Part shown: in pieces, positions 24,727 to 36,943 of the stretch
Position numbering within the stretch: the stretch's first letter is position 1
Layout of the letters: each line of letters opens with the position of its first letter
DNA from: Podarcis bocagei
Taxonomy: Eukaryota
Assembly (NCBI GenBank): GCA_964188305.1
Contig: OZ076903.1
Length of the DNA: 64,000 nt
Strand: one strand, 5' to 3'
Notes under the pieces: generated by a model
The model's input: only the letters and a program-made list of their open reading frames with translations
The model's database searches: none
Told to the model about the DNA's origin: nothing
Program-made: the position numbers and the translations under genes

Positions 24727-25297
24727 AACGTGTGTATATCAGTAGGGAAAGGTAAGGGTCTCCCACCAAACTACCCCAGTCACCCCGACTGAGTCAGGAG
24801 CATCGTGGGCTTGTCTCCTGCATTCGTCAACCAGCAAGACATGAGGCCAGGATGATCTCGCCCCAGGCCACACCGTCTGCCGTCTGACTTGTGGTCTTCC
24901 TTTATAGGGTTCCTTTATAGGGTTATCCATTGGTGGTGATGTTCTATGAGTGTGTGGTGAATTATGCCACATCCTGTGTTCTGTCATGGCAGCTCTGGCA
25001 AATTTTCTAATGCAGAGTGACTACCCTATGTACACTACCTAATTTGCGTAGGACTTTTCCCCCCCGGAATACCCATGTCACTAGAGGTAGCTTGAGAATT
25101 TGAGGTGAAGGGCTTGTTCAAATGAGGTTGCTAGAAGAAGATTGAGATGTGCTAGGATGCCCACCTATACCTCATTTACTTTGGTTCTCCAAACTAATTT
25201 TGTGAGTTTGATTCCCACCCCCCACCCCAAATATCTAGAACTGCGTCTTTAAAATTTGATATTTAACTGGTTTGCCCATGGGATATAGCTAAGTGGT

Positions 25298-25300
<3 letters not shown>

Positions 25301-25374
<74 letters not shown>
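25301..25374 (+). repeat. Compound (TG)17(AG)20 microsatellite
   Basis: Seen directly. Confidence 0.95.
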
Positions 25375-25376
<2 letters not shown>

Positions 25377-25404
25377 TCCTAGTTACAATAACAACTACAA
25401 ATAC

Positions 25405-25630
25405 AGCTTATTTTGGGTTGCCCCAGCCACTCTGAGCAACTTCCAAGAGAATATGCAAAAGCACAACAGAACGTCGCTCATTAAAAGCTTCTCAATGCAA
25501 GGCTGCCTTCAGATGTCTACAGAAGGTTGTATAATTATTTATCACCTTGACATCTGACTTCTTGACTACCAAGAAGGCCCTCTGTCTGGTTCCCTGTAAC
25601 TTCACTTCTCGCAGTGAGGGAACCACCATT
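25405..25630 (-). mobile_element. L2-related 3' end fragment
   Basis: gggttgccccagccactctgagcaact is approximately the reverse complement of the motif at 28930-28955. Confidence 0.55.
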
Positions 25631-26736
25631 ATACAATTCTTGTTTTAGAAAATAATCCTAGCATGGCGAGTTCTCTTAAATCAGGTCTTTTAGGGGGAAT
25701 AAGTTTGGGGGTTTGTAAAAATACTTAGGATATTAGTACCGTAATTCCATTTTGTCTTTTTTCAGAAATCTGTTAAAGGCTCACGTTTTTCCCATTTACT
25801 GATTTACAGATTGAAAACCTGTTTACTTGATTCACACAATTAACAGAATTTTATATTGAAATTGCCCATACAGTCTTGCCATTTATAGACATGTAAACAG
25901 AAAACACACCTGTTCAACTCCTTTCATATATTAAGATCTTGTGCATTGTACAGGCAAGCTGGAGATGGAAAATCTTACAGTTCTAAGTCTGGCTTGGTTA
26001 ACTTAAAACCTGTTGATGAGTCATTAGGTTTAATGCAGTCTGAATTGGGAACTACAACGACAAATATATTCATGCCTCATTAAATTTCAGCTGCACACAT
26101 TCACCTGCACTTACAAATGCACAAATTTCCTCACTCTCAGTAGTTACTAGTCCCAACAACCCCCTAGGTACATATATTGCATATATTGTTTATTGTATGT
26201 AGCATACACAATTTGGGGTGTATGAGAGGCTGAATGCATGATATACATAGGTTTTATGCCTTCGAGAGTTATATCCCCTGGGTGTGCAACAGGGTAGAGA
26301 AGAGATGGTTTATACCCTGGATGGTGTAGAATGCCCAAAGAATAAATCACAGGGGTTTTTTGCTTAAGTGGGTGGTGGGCTAATTTACAGTGAGCCTTCT
26401 GTGATCTGACTATTGTGGATTGATGCTGGCCAGGCCTGGTGGTGAGATAAATTGTCTACATAAATTGTATCCATGATGTGCCTTGGGGAAATGAGATTGG
26501 GGAGGGGGGTGTTGGATGACCGATCTCATTGATGGGCGAGAGGAAGAAGTTGCCTTCTGGTTGCCCTCTGTCTCCTGCTGCCTCTCCTGCTCTGGCAACG
26601 CTGCTTCCTGACTCCTGCTGGCTGCTTGCCCTCGTCTGAGGTGGGGAGGACAAACGCCTTGGTACTCTCCCCCCGTTGGCTTGTGCCCTTGCCAAGTTGT
26701 AAGTCTTAGATGACCTAGACGGGGAGGAGATCATCA

Positions 26737-26830
26737 TGGATGCCTTAGTTGAGATTCCTGCATTGCAGGGGGTTGGACTAGGTGACCCTCAAGCTCCCTT
26801 CCAACTCTACAAATTAGGATTTTATGAATT
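26737..26830 (+). mobile_element. CR1 3' terminal fragment
   Basis: cctgcattgcagggggttggactag...cccttccaactct...attttatga. Confidence 0.75.
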
Positions 26831-28869
26831 CAGCCCCAGCTGGAACGAAGTAGTCAAAGCACCTTATAGTTTCCAGAAGCTCAAAACTGCAAGAATGAAA
26901 ATGGCCTGGTGTTTTTAAAAAGCACATTGTGACAATTCTTAAACCCTCACATAGGTTTATAAGCATTTTCAAAATGGGAAGACTTCACAGTTGAGAATAA
27001 TAGAAATAAATTAATATAATTGCACAGAAGTCATTCCCTACAATATCTGGGTTAGTGGATGACAAGGCCTCAGTTTTTCACTAAAAGTATATGATTTGTT
27101 TTTAAAGTGAAGGTATTTGTATTGATTCAAATGAAGAATTTGTACTGATGGCTTTTCAAAGATTTATGTGACTAGCAAAAAAAGAAGATATTTAATTTGC
27201 TGGTAACAGCTTTGCACAGTCCAATTAGAGTAGCAGAGACATATAATTGAAAAGCACTTAAGGACTAGAATATCTTTCATCCTCTCTCAATGTGTGGATA
27301 AACAGTACCCCCTGCCAGTCCCCAAAGTAGTGTGAGTAATAGACTACTGGCAGTTCTGCTTCATATTTACTCATTCTATTATCTTCAAGGATAACATCTG
27401 AAGATCCACATATAAATCTATAGAATGTATAAATATGGACATAAATTCCAGGGTAATTTTGTTTGAAAACAGATATCATGCAGCAGAGCGGTCAGGATTA
27501 AAGATAGCGTAAGCTGCATTTTTGTTATGTTATCAAGAGTTCAGAATTCAGTTGACAGGAAATAGCATGAATTTGTCCAGACATCTGCAATACACCTGAA
27601 GGAAATAGACAATTATTCAAAGGCAGAATTTGCTGTCAGAATTAAGTTCCAACTTGCAGCAAACCATGCTTAGGGAAGTAGAACTGTTGTTTGACACAAA
27701 CCATGCTATGCAATAGGCTGGCAAAGGAGTATTGGAAAACAAGCTGTGGTTTGTACAAGTTACGTTTTGGTATGCGGTCTGAATAGAAAACCCATAGTTA
27801 AGTCCCTTGCTTCCAGAGGCCATTGCATCCAGGGACAAGATTATTGAGCAGGGAAGTAACTCTAAACCATGGTTTGCTTGATTGTGTCAGCACTTAAGAT
27901 ATTGCTGTGTTAGACATAGGAATGAGTGTTGGCCTCGGCAGTGCTTTTTCTGGTGCTACTCAGTAGCACACAGTCCCGCCACCACCACCCCCCAGAGATG
28001 CTCAGCTGCATGGGGAGCCATGGCATGAACAAAGCCCCTCCGGTGCCTGGGCACCTTCTCCCCGGGGCTGACCGGAGTACCCAAGTCCCACTCCCCAAGG
28101 GGTGCAAGAATGGGGGGGGGGTGCAGCTTGTGATGTGCTTCTGGACTCAGCTGCTGGCTGGGTGCCCCCTGGTCACCTCACTGGCGGTGCTCACAGTGGC
28201 TGTTGCAGGGCAGGGGGAGAAGCTGCCGGTGAATACCGTCCCCCTCCCGTCCCCCAAAGGCACTGGGCCTCAGCTTCACCCTCTCTGGTTTTGTACTGTC
28301 CTGCTCTTCCATCACAGCCTGAGGAGGAGAGGAGAGGGATTCACTTCCATTTCGGATTAACAGCAGTCTGGTGTTGCATCTGAATCATAAACTGGGGTCA
28401 TACTATGATTTATTGAAACAAGCCAGCTTCATAAACCACAGTCTGCAGTTGGCTTGTTTCAGCAAACCATAATGAAGACTGTCCACGGCTTGCACGGCTT
28501 CGTGTTTCCTGCTGAATGGTGCTTTCGTCAAAAAGGCAAACAGAATTCTTTGAGCTCCTTGCAGCCATAATGGAAGCGGAGAGGAGAGGGGAAGATACAT
28601 GAGCCCAAGGCTTGACTGCACTCATTCCTGTAACAATAAACCTTAGTTCATTGTTCTGCCCAAGCACAGCCTATAGTTTGGGTTTAAATTATTATTTTAG
28701 CAGAAACCATGGTTTGCCATGGCAATTGAACAGTTCACAATATTCTTTCCCCCTTCTTTAAAAATTTTTAGCCATGAAGCTAACATTGCTAAGTCACTTT
28801 TTGATAATTCAAGTATATTTACAGAACCAGATTGAATCTCTTCTAAATGTTCTGTTATGTTATGTGGAC

Positions 28870-29000
28870 ACCTGCTGAAAAGTGACTTTTTAATGTTTCA
28901 TATTTTACTATGTTTTATATATGCTGCAAGTTGCCCAGAGTGGCTGGGGGAACCCAGTCAGGTGGGCAGGGTATAAATAATAAAGTTATTAGTATTATTA
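28870..29000 (+). mobile_element. L2-related 3' tail
   Basis: ...gcccagagtggctggggaacccagtcaggtgggcagggtataaataataaa followed by a tatt-rich tail. Confidence 0.6.
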
Positions 29001-29208
29001 CTTTAATATTGTACAGATAAATAAGGCAAGCATGCCATGGGGAGCCTGTCCTCAGTCACCCTACTGTGGGTTTGTTTTGCAATCTGTTTAGGAAGCTTCA
29101 CTGCTTCACTGTTTGTTTATTGCTCACTAATAATTAGCAACAGTAGAGATTAGGTTCTGAATGGCCGAGAGGGAAACGCATCTCATCATGTGACTGATTT
29201 CTTTGCAG

Positions 29209-29306
29209 GTTCAGCAAGTGCAAACGGTGCAACAGGTCCAGCATGTCTACCCAGCCCAGGTGCAGTATGTGGAGGGAAGTGACACCGTCTACACAAACGG
29301 AGCTAT
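29209..29306 (+). CDS. RFX3: RFX3 coding exon 2: VQQVQTVQQVQHVYPAQVQYVEGSDTVYTNGA(I)
   Basis: ctttgcag| ... at|gtaagt; 98 nt. Confidence 0.96.
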
Positions 29307-29460
29307 GTAAGTCCTTCATCTTGGACATCCCACTCATACATGCAGGTCTTCTACATGCAGGCTGCACATAGGACCGAAGATGGAAACATGTGTGAGAAAG
29401 TGAACATATGAAACTACCCTCACCAATTGTGAATGATGGACCCCCATCATTCATTCCGTG

Positions 29461-29493
<33 letters not shown>

Positions 29494-29696
29494 GCTCCAT
29501 CACGGTTGACACCTGGTGGTAGCTAATGATCTTTTGTGGTTGGCGTGGATCTTGAGGGGGTGGTGGGTGTTTCTTTGTCACATGATATAGGTGAAGCCCA
29601 TGTTGAGATAAAAACCATGGTTGGTATTTTTCTTTTCAGTAGACACAGGAAACATAAATAAGCTAATGCCACAAATAAGCTGAACAGTTCTGATTA

Positions 29697-29750
29697 TGGG
29701 AGTGTGTGATAATTACACAGTCTTGGGAGTATGTGATAATTACACAGTCT
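29697..29750 (+). repeat. 27-bp tandem duplication
   Basis: tgggagt(g/a)tgtgataattacacagtct twice. Confidence 0.9.
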
Positions 29751-32222
29751 AGGAATTTTGAAAGGAGAGAGAGAGCGCAAGCAAGCAGTGTCCTTAAAGT
29801 GGTGCATACGTCATTACAATACCGGGAGATAAATAAAACTGCCTTATGGTAGAGAATCTTTGCCATGCTCATATGGAAATTTTCAGTGAGGCGGGAGCAG
29901 CATTCTAGTCAGTATATTATGCGCATCACAGATCTGTGAGTTTTCAGACAGTTGATCTATGAGTAGTGAGGTACAAAGAGTACAATTTTAAGTGGATGAC
30001 TCTTGAGGTTGTATTGCCTGTTCTCTCCCATTATAATGTACTTCTCATGGATGAATGTGACCATGATATGTCACCTGCAGTGTGCAGACAGAAAGAGATT
30101 AGTTTAGCGCCTGAATTTTTATAATTATCATTTTGAGTGGAAGAGTAATCAAGTTTACTACTTCAGGTTTATGTTAGATATCTCTAATTAATTATAGGTC
30201 TCTAGTATTGTGACTCTTATGTTCCTTATTTCTCATACAGCCAGCCTTCTAGATGCATTTGTTCATTCCCTGTGTTGCAAAAGCTGTTTCCTAAGGGCAG
30301 AATTAGACATTTGCCTGGCTTGCACGTTACCGTGAACATGCAAGCATGCAGGCTCTGGGAGAGGGGAATGTGGCCGTATTGCTGCTTGGTTCTGCTGCTG
30401 TGCTGAGCCAAGCCATGTCATCTAAGCCCAAGGCCATGGTTTAGCTCTCTCTAAACTAGCTCCAAGCTGTAACCATGGTTTGTCCTATGGTTTAGGCAGC
30501 ACACTAAATCAAACCACCAGCAGAATAACTGGGGAGGAGCAAGGTGGCTGCCATTTCCCTTTGAGAACTTGCACCCTCATGCATTTGCACAAAGTGCTGG
30601 TTTGGCCTAGTTAATGTAATGTGTGAACCAGACCCTCCGGAAGGACATGCGGTGCTGCTAAAAACGAAAGCCCAGGGTTCTGTTATCATTCTCCCATCTC
30701 CTCTCCATAATAATTCCAAATATATTGTCTTCAAATTACATTGTGGTTAATGTTTTCAACATCTCTGCTTTGCAGGAATAAATAATTTAAAAACCTATAA
30801 AAACTTGTGTTAGTTCTCATAAATATTGATGGGTGTAAGCAGCTTTCTTAATTTTTAGCTAAGAAATCTTGTCTACTTTCCCCACAGTAATATTATCTAA
30901 TATGATTAAATGTATTAATGTTATTGAATTCTATTACTATCACTACATACTGTTGAAATAACAATAATAAATGAACCCTATGTAAATAGATGGTGAAGTT
31001 AAACACTACAGTAGTAAGAACAGGTGTTTGAATCGAGGTTCTTCTGTGCATTCAAATTTTTATAGCAATTAGGCTGCCTGTAAGGAAATAACACTTAACT
31101 GAGTAGAAAATAATTAATTGCAAGGAAAAGCCTTTTCTTGATGGAGTGAAAAGCACCTGTAAAACAGTACTAAACCTAAGAGCAACTTTTGCATGGAAAG
31201 ATCAGTGTGTTCCAGGTAAACGAAGCCTATTGAATGAGCAGATGAAAGAAAATTTAGGGTCGCATTCAGCTCAGGTACACGCTGAGGCAAGATGAGGTGG
31301 CAGAAGTACTAATTTATAAAAGGTGACAGATCATTGTCATGACATTTCCATAGAACCTAATAGAGTCAGCTGGGAATAAATCAATGTGTGGGAGTGTGCC
31401 ATGTGCACACCACCTTTGAAACCTCAGAAAATATAAAAGATTTACCCTTTCAATGCCATTCTCTTTCATCAGAATTACTGCTACCTGACTTCTTTCCCAC
31501 AGGGAAATGTCGGAAAGACACAAAACATCTTGAGCACATGAAAATGGTAACTGGCGTTGGACAACTCTATGGTTTTATGTTTGTGTCCACAGGGACACAC
31601 ACACACAGAGCCCAGTTCCTGTATAAATCGCTTGTGCTTTCCCTTGGACATGCTGATATCTGGAGAATCTGCTTTTGTTTCTTTTTAAAGTTATTGTATA
31701 GCTCTCGTGATTTCACACAGAAGTTTGAATACATATGGGCAAACACGGCAACACACTTTCCGTGCTTGATCAAGTTTTCAGCATCTAAGCTGAGCCATTT
31801 TTTCTGCCCGTAAGTGTATGTCATCTTTCTACTGTGAATTCATATTTTGTATTCTGAGCTCAGAAGTACTTGGAGTTGACATCACTGAGAGTGAGCATTT
31901 GAAACAGATGGACTCGGTAGTTACACGCTTGTTGTGTTTTTCTCTTAGCAAAGGGTGTGTCTTCTCCACTTCTAAACATTGGGAATAACAGTTTGCTGTG
32001 TTGCTACTTTTGTAGTAAATAATTGATAGTTTTTTTCCAGGAAAAGAGATTCATCTTAGAGTATAAGCCAATAAATTTAAAAGACTTTGTGCAATAGAAA
32101 ATGCTGTTAGAAATGAGAAATAATATTTAGCTCGATGCAAGCCATTGTGGTGAAACAGTTGTCTTCCTCTAGTAAAAGGATGCATCTAAACAACTTTGTC
32201 TTTTCTCTCTTTTTCCCTGAAG

Positions 32223-32481
32223 ACGAACAACCACGTATCCTTACACAGAAACTCAGATGTACAGCCAAAACACTGGAGGGAATTACTTTGATACCCAAGG
32301 CAGTTCTGCACAGGTGACTACTGTGGTCTCTTCTCATAGTATGGTGGGCACTGGAGGCATTCAGATGGGTGTCACGGGAGGACAGCTCATCAGCAGCACG
32401 GGAGGCACCTACCTGATTGGCAACTCCATGGAGAACTCTGGCCATTCAGTGACGCACACCACACGCGCCTCCCCAGCCACA
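32223..32481 (+). CDS. RFX3: RFX3 coding exon 3: RTTTYPYTETQMYSQNTGGNYFD...HTTRASPAT
   Basis: Long polypyrimidine tract plus gaag|, donor aca|gtaagt; 259 nt; overlaps ORF 32257..32628. Confidence 0.96.
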
Positions 32482-34225
32482 GTAAGTAGCGCAGACGCTT
32501 CTGTCTCTCTTGTTTGTTTTCAGGAGCAGAAATTCCAGGTTTGCTTAATGAAGGCATGGACTACCTGGCCCTGTTGCCATGCAACTTCTATTCATTTCCG
32601 TGTCGCTTCCACAAGGACATTGAAATGAACAAAAGGTTCACAGCAATGGTTCGCAGGGGTTTTTGCCCCAAATAATTGACGCCCACCATGCAAAAAAAGA
32701 AAGGGGAAAGTATGAGTCTCATTCTCTTCCATGGTTTTACTCAGATTTATTCGAACGGATTCAGACTTTCAGATGGCTTTCTCTCAAACCTATGTTCAGT
32801 AAATTTACTTTGTGGGGAAATAAAATTGCAGAAATTTAGTTAAATATAATGACAGTATCACAGCTTCTTTCACTGCATTCTTTTCAGTTCTGGATTTCAT
32901 GTCTCCTGTATGGGTCACTCTAGATAGTTCTCCATGCGGTTGTCATTCATATTTTAGCTTTCTTGATAGCAGCTTCAGTCACAGTAGTTTCCATGTGAAC
33001 AGGCATTTGACTGCATTAGAGGTATGTATCACAGAGATTAGCAACTGCATGTAAAGTTGCTAAATGGCAAGTGGATGCAAATGAACTCAACGTTTGAGAA
33101 CTTTTTATTCCTTAAAACCAACCAAGCCTATTCCTGGTTAATATAAATTGTAGCAGTAAATGATAGTTAGTCTTAATCATGGTTTGTTGAATAGTCCAGG
33201 GTCCAGCTTACTGATACTCAGCCAAACCATGGCTTGTTTTGTCTAGTGTTGGCTTGCTATTCCTTGAGCTCCTCTGCAAATACCCTGCTGCTACGCTGAA
33301 GCCCTTTGTGGCATCTGGGGACTAACAAGGCATCACCAGCTGCCTTACCATTGGCTGGTTACAGAAACTGGGCAGTGAACATAAACACTCGCCTTGGAGC
33401 TCTTTGGCCTCTCCAGAAAGCTCCTAAGCAGTAAAACATCCTCCTCCCACCCACAATCCTTTTGAAGAAAAAGTCCTTTCCTTCTGAAAGTCTTCTGTTT
33501 GTACCCAGATTATGTAGTTTGCTATCAGGCGAGGCTGTCTTTTGCTCCTCTCAGCGGTGATTGTTCAGTGGGGAAGAGAGACATTAAACTTCTCCGTTTC
33601 ACATTCACCCACCCAGCACACTTGCTCTGACAGCCTCCTCACTCTGCCCATGTACAACTTGGGTGATCAGCGGAATCGTGTAATTTGCTCCAAACAAACC
33701 ATGATCAGTTTAAGACATACAAACAAACCAGTGTTGAGCTTGACAAACCATGGTTTAACATTGCATCTGTACAAGGCCATTATGTTATGAGAAGCTGTGG
33801 TGTTCTAGGTGTTATTGAACTCATATCAGCTCCAGCCAGCATGGCTAATGGTCAGGAGTGATGGGAGTTGTGGTCCTGCAATATCTGGAGAACTGTGCAA
33901 AATGGAGGAGAACATGCAAATTAAATAGACCTGCTTGTAACAGCCATGTTAAAATACAGAGGCAGTGAGGAAAGGAGAAAAAAAACCCCAAAATAAACAG
34001 CATTATGAGATTAATGAGAGAAATATTAAACATTGGGAACGAAACACAGAAAGCCTTGTAGGGAGCGAAAGTTTCTGAGGTTCCTTTTCTGCTCTCTCTG
34101 CCTTGCCAGAAAAGCCACTCTGTAAAGTCAGTGGATCTTGTAGATTGGCATTCAAGAGAACTTAAATTTAAAGAGGAAATGTCATAAGGCATTGTGTAGT
34201 TATGTCAAGTTCAGATTATAATGTA

Positions 34226-34465
34226 CAGTGGTACCTCGGGTTACAGACGCTTCAGGTTATGTGATTTCGGGTTGTGCACCGCACCAAACCCGGAAGTACC
34301 GGAACGGGTTACTTCCGGGTTTTGGTGCTCGCACATGCGCAGAAACACTAACTCACGCTTTGCGCTGAATTGCGACCCGCGCGTGCGCAGACTGTGGGTT
34401 GCGAACGGTGCGGGTTGCGAACGTGCCTCCCGCAAAGATCACATTTGCAACCCGAGGTTCCACTG
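34226..34465 (+). mobile_element. Tigger/pogo-like MITE (family A)
   Basis: TA-cagtggtacctcgggtt...aacccgaggttccactg-TA; internal aacccggaagtaccggaac. Confidence 0.9.
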
Positions 34466-35599
34466 TATAGGGATTTTGGGATGCAGACTAGGAAAGGCAA
34501 GTTTTAAGAAAGGAAATGACATACATTTCAAATGTTGACCCCTTGATGTAGAAGGTTCACCAACCATGAATATACTGAAAATCAGATTAATTTTTTTAAA
34601 TGAGGGTTTTTAATCTCTGTGTGTATTTTCTTTAGGGTTTTAAAAAATAGTTTATTACATAATACATATAAATTGTAGGTACATTGCTCTTCCTCTTTAC
34701 AGCTAGAAACTTTTATTTAAAAATACTTCTAGTTTTGTTTTGTTTTTTTAAATAACTCTTAAATTGTAGGAATTGTAGAGCATACTTTTCAACTGCTGAT
34801 GCCATACACAGCAATATCCATAATTGTTGCATGTACCATCTGTTTTGGCAAATTAAAAAGAGAGAATTTAAAAAAACTGAAGAGCTTGAAAGAGAAACTT
34901 TCAAGCAGCTTGTGTGCTTTTTAATATTATGACTAATTGCTGTTAAAATAGCAAAAGACAAAAGAGTGGCTGGTAAATTCAAATTTTATATTTGTTCTGT
35001 AATGTGAAATACTGTCCCTATTTTGAACTGCATAATTACTGTATTCTTCCTCATTATTTTTGCAACAGCAACCCCCCCCCAAAAAAAAACACACACACCC
35101 CTATGATGTAGTGGAAAATAAGCTGTTTCAAGATTCCAGAAGTTCTTTGCGTATCTTGTTCTAACAATATGCCATGGAAGCTTACTCTGCTAAGTGTTTT
35201 ATTATGCATTTACAAGAAAAAGAAATCCGCCAAACTCTCTGTATGCCAGTTTCACTAACCACTTGATGACATCAGTATTATATTTGGAGATTGATGACAG
35301 TATTTCTGTCACCTATCACAAGTTCATTTTTTGAAAATCCAAATGTGAACTAGTTACAAAATGGGAAAAGCTGTTGATTTATACATAGAAACGAGTGACA
35401 ATCAATATGAAAGACAAGGCTTCTGTTGAAATCAGATGTTTGAATTCATTGATATTATGATAGTCTTTTATTCCATTTTGTCACTGTGAACCAGATTAGA
35501 ATTGTATTTACTTTAGAAAGGATGGATTTCTCTTGAGTTAGTTCTCAGCGTTGTATTTCAGTATTGCTTAATGGTGTTAAAAGTACAATATGCAGGTTA

Positions 35600-35989
35600 C
35601 AGCGGTGTAGCACGGCGGGGGGGGGGGGCTGCCAGGGTGATGGCCCTGGCACATTTTTCTGGGATGCACTGCTCACCCCACCCTGCCAGCTCTGCATGGC
35701 ATTGTGAGGCTGAGTTCTGAGTTTTGCCGATCAAATAATTCAGATCAGATCCCAGCCTTGTAAAGTGGAGCAGGGCAGGCAGGGCGGTGTGAGAAGGGCC
35801 GCGTCCGTTGGCCTGCCTGCCCCCCCCCCCAGCACAGACAGGTAGGTGGCACAGCACAGCCCCGCTTGGCTCTGGGGTGTGTGGCGCTCTGACAGTAGCC
35901 AGGACTGGGTTGGCGTGGCAGGCTCCGTTCACCCTCTGAGCCCTGCCGCCTCCTGGCGTGTGCTGCTGGCAAACCATACTATGCCACTG
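35600..35989. mobile_element. hAT MITE, GC-rich, degraded
   Basis: cagcggtgtagca...tactatgccactg; TSD gcaggtta/gagggtta. Confidence 0.65.
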
Positions 35990-36755
35990 GAGGGTTACAC
36001 AAGATTTTTCATTGGTGGTTAATTCAAGAATGCCATCCTGAATAAACAGACCTTGATGAATCTAGGCAGAGGATTTAGCAAGATTCCCCTGTTCGCTTTG
36101 GTCACTCTCAAAATCAATGTGAGTTTGCAATCAATGTTTCACTTCATTTGCATACCTAAGATAATGATAGTGATATTGAGTGGTAACTGCCCACTGATGG
36201 AAAGGAATCCATTTGGCCACACACACACCCCTGGGGGACTGGGAGCAGATTGGACTGGACAGATTGAGAGAATGCATGGGCCACAGCAGGGCAGAGGGCG
36301 ACTGCTGAAATTTGCCTCACTTCCTGCTCTGCAGACAGATTCTCATCTATCAGTGAGCAATCACTTGTCACCCAGTGATCACCGATTTAAAACAGGCCAG
36401 ACAGGAGCCCATATTTATGAAGGTGGGCTTCAAAAATTATTTCAGCTTCCTTCTCTGCTGATTACGTTTGATCAGAAAAACTAATCAAGGAGTCAAGTAA
36501 GACATTGATACATCAGGAATAACTGTATTTACTATTTTGAGAATTCTGTGTGAATATTGACACAAGCTGACATTTTAACTAAGAGTCTTTTATATATTTG
36601 TGTTTCGGAAAGATTCTACGTTGGGGTTTTTTCGGCTTATGCATGTGGCACTAAATCATGGTTTCGCCTTGTGTGGAAACTGGACAAAAGAGAGGGATCG
36701 CTAAGGGCTCCTTAAATTAAACTGGCAGGATGGGAAGGGTAGCTTTGGTGTAAAG

Positions 36756-36943
36756 CACTGGTTCCCAATTAGCTAAGTGCTGCAGGCCCCTTGTTTTTTC
36801 AAAAGCCAAGCCCTAGACCCCCTACTTGTGAAAATTTTGATATCTCTCTGGTAGTTTTTGTTATGTGGATGGTGCCACAGGCCCCTTGGGTGGGTTATGC
36901 AGGCCCCCCAGGGGGTCCACAGACCACCCATTGGAAACCACTG
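36756..36943. mobile_element. hAT-Charlie-like MITE
   Basis: cactggttcccaa...ggtccacagaccacccattggaaaccactg. Confidence 0.6.
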
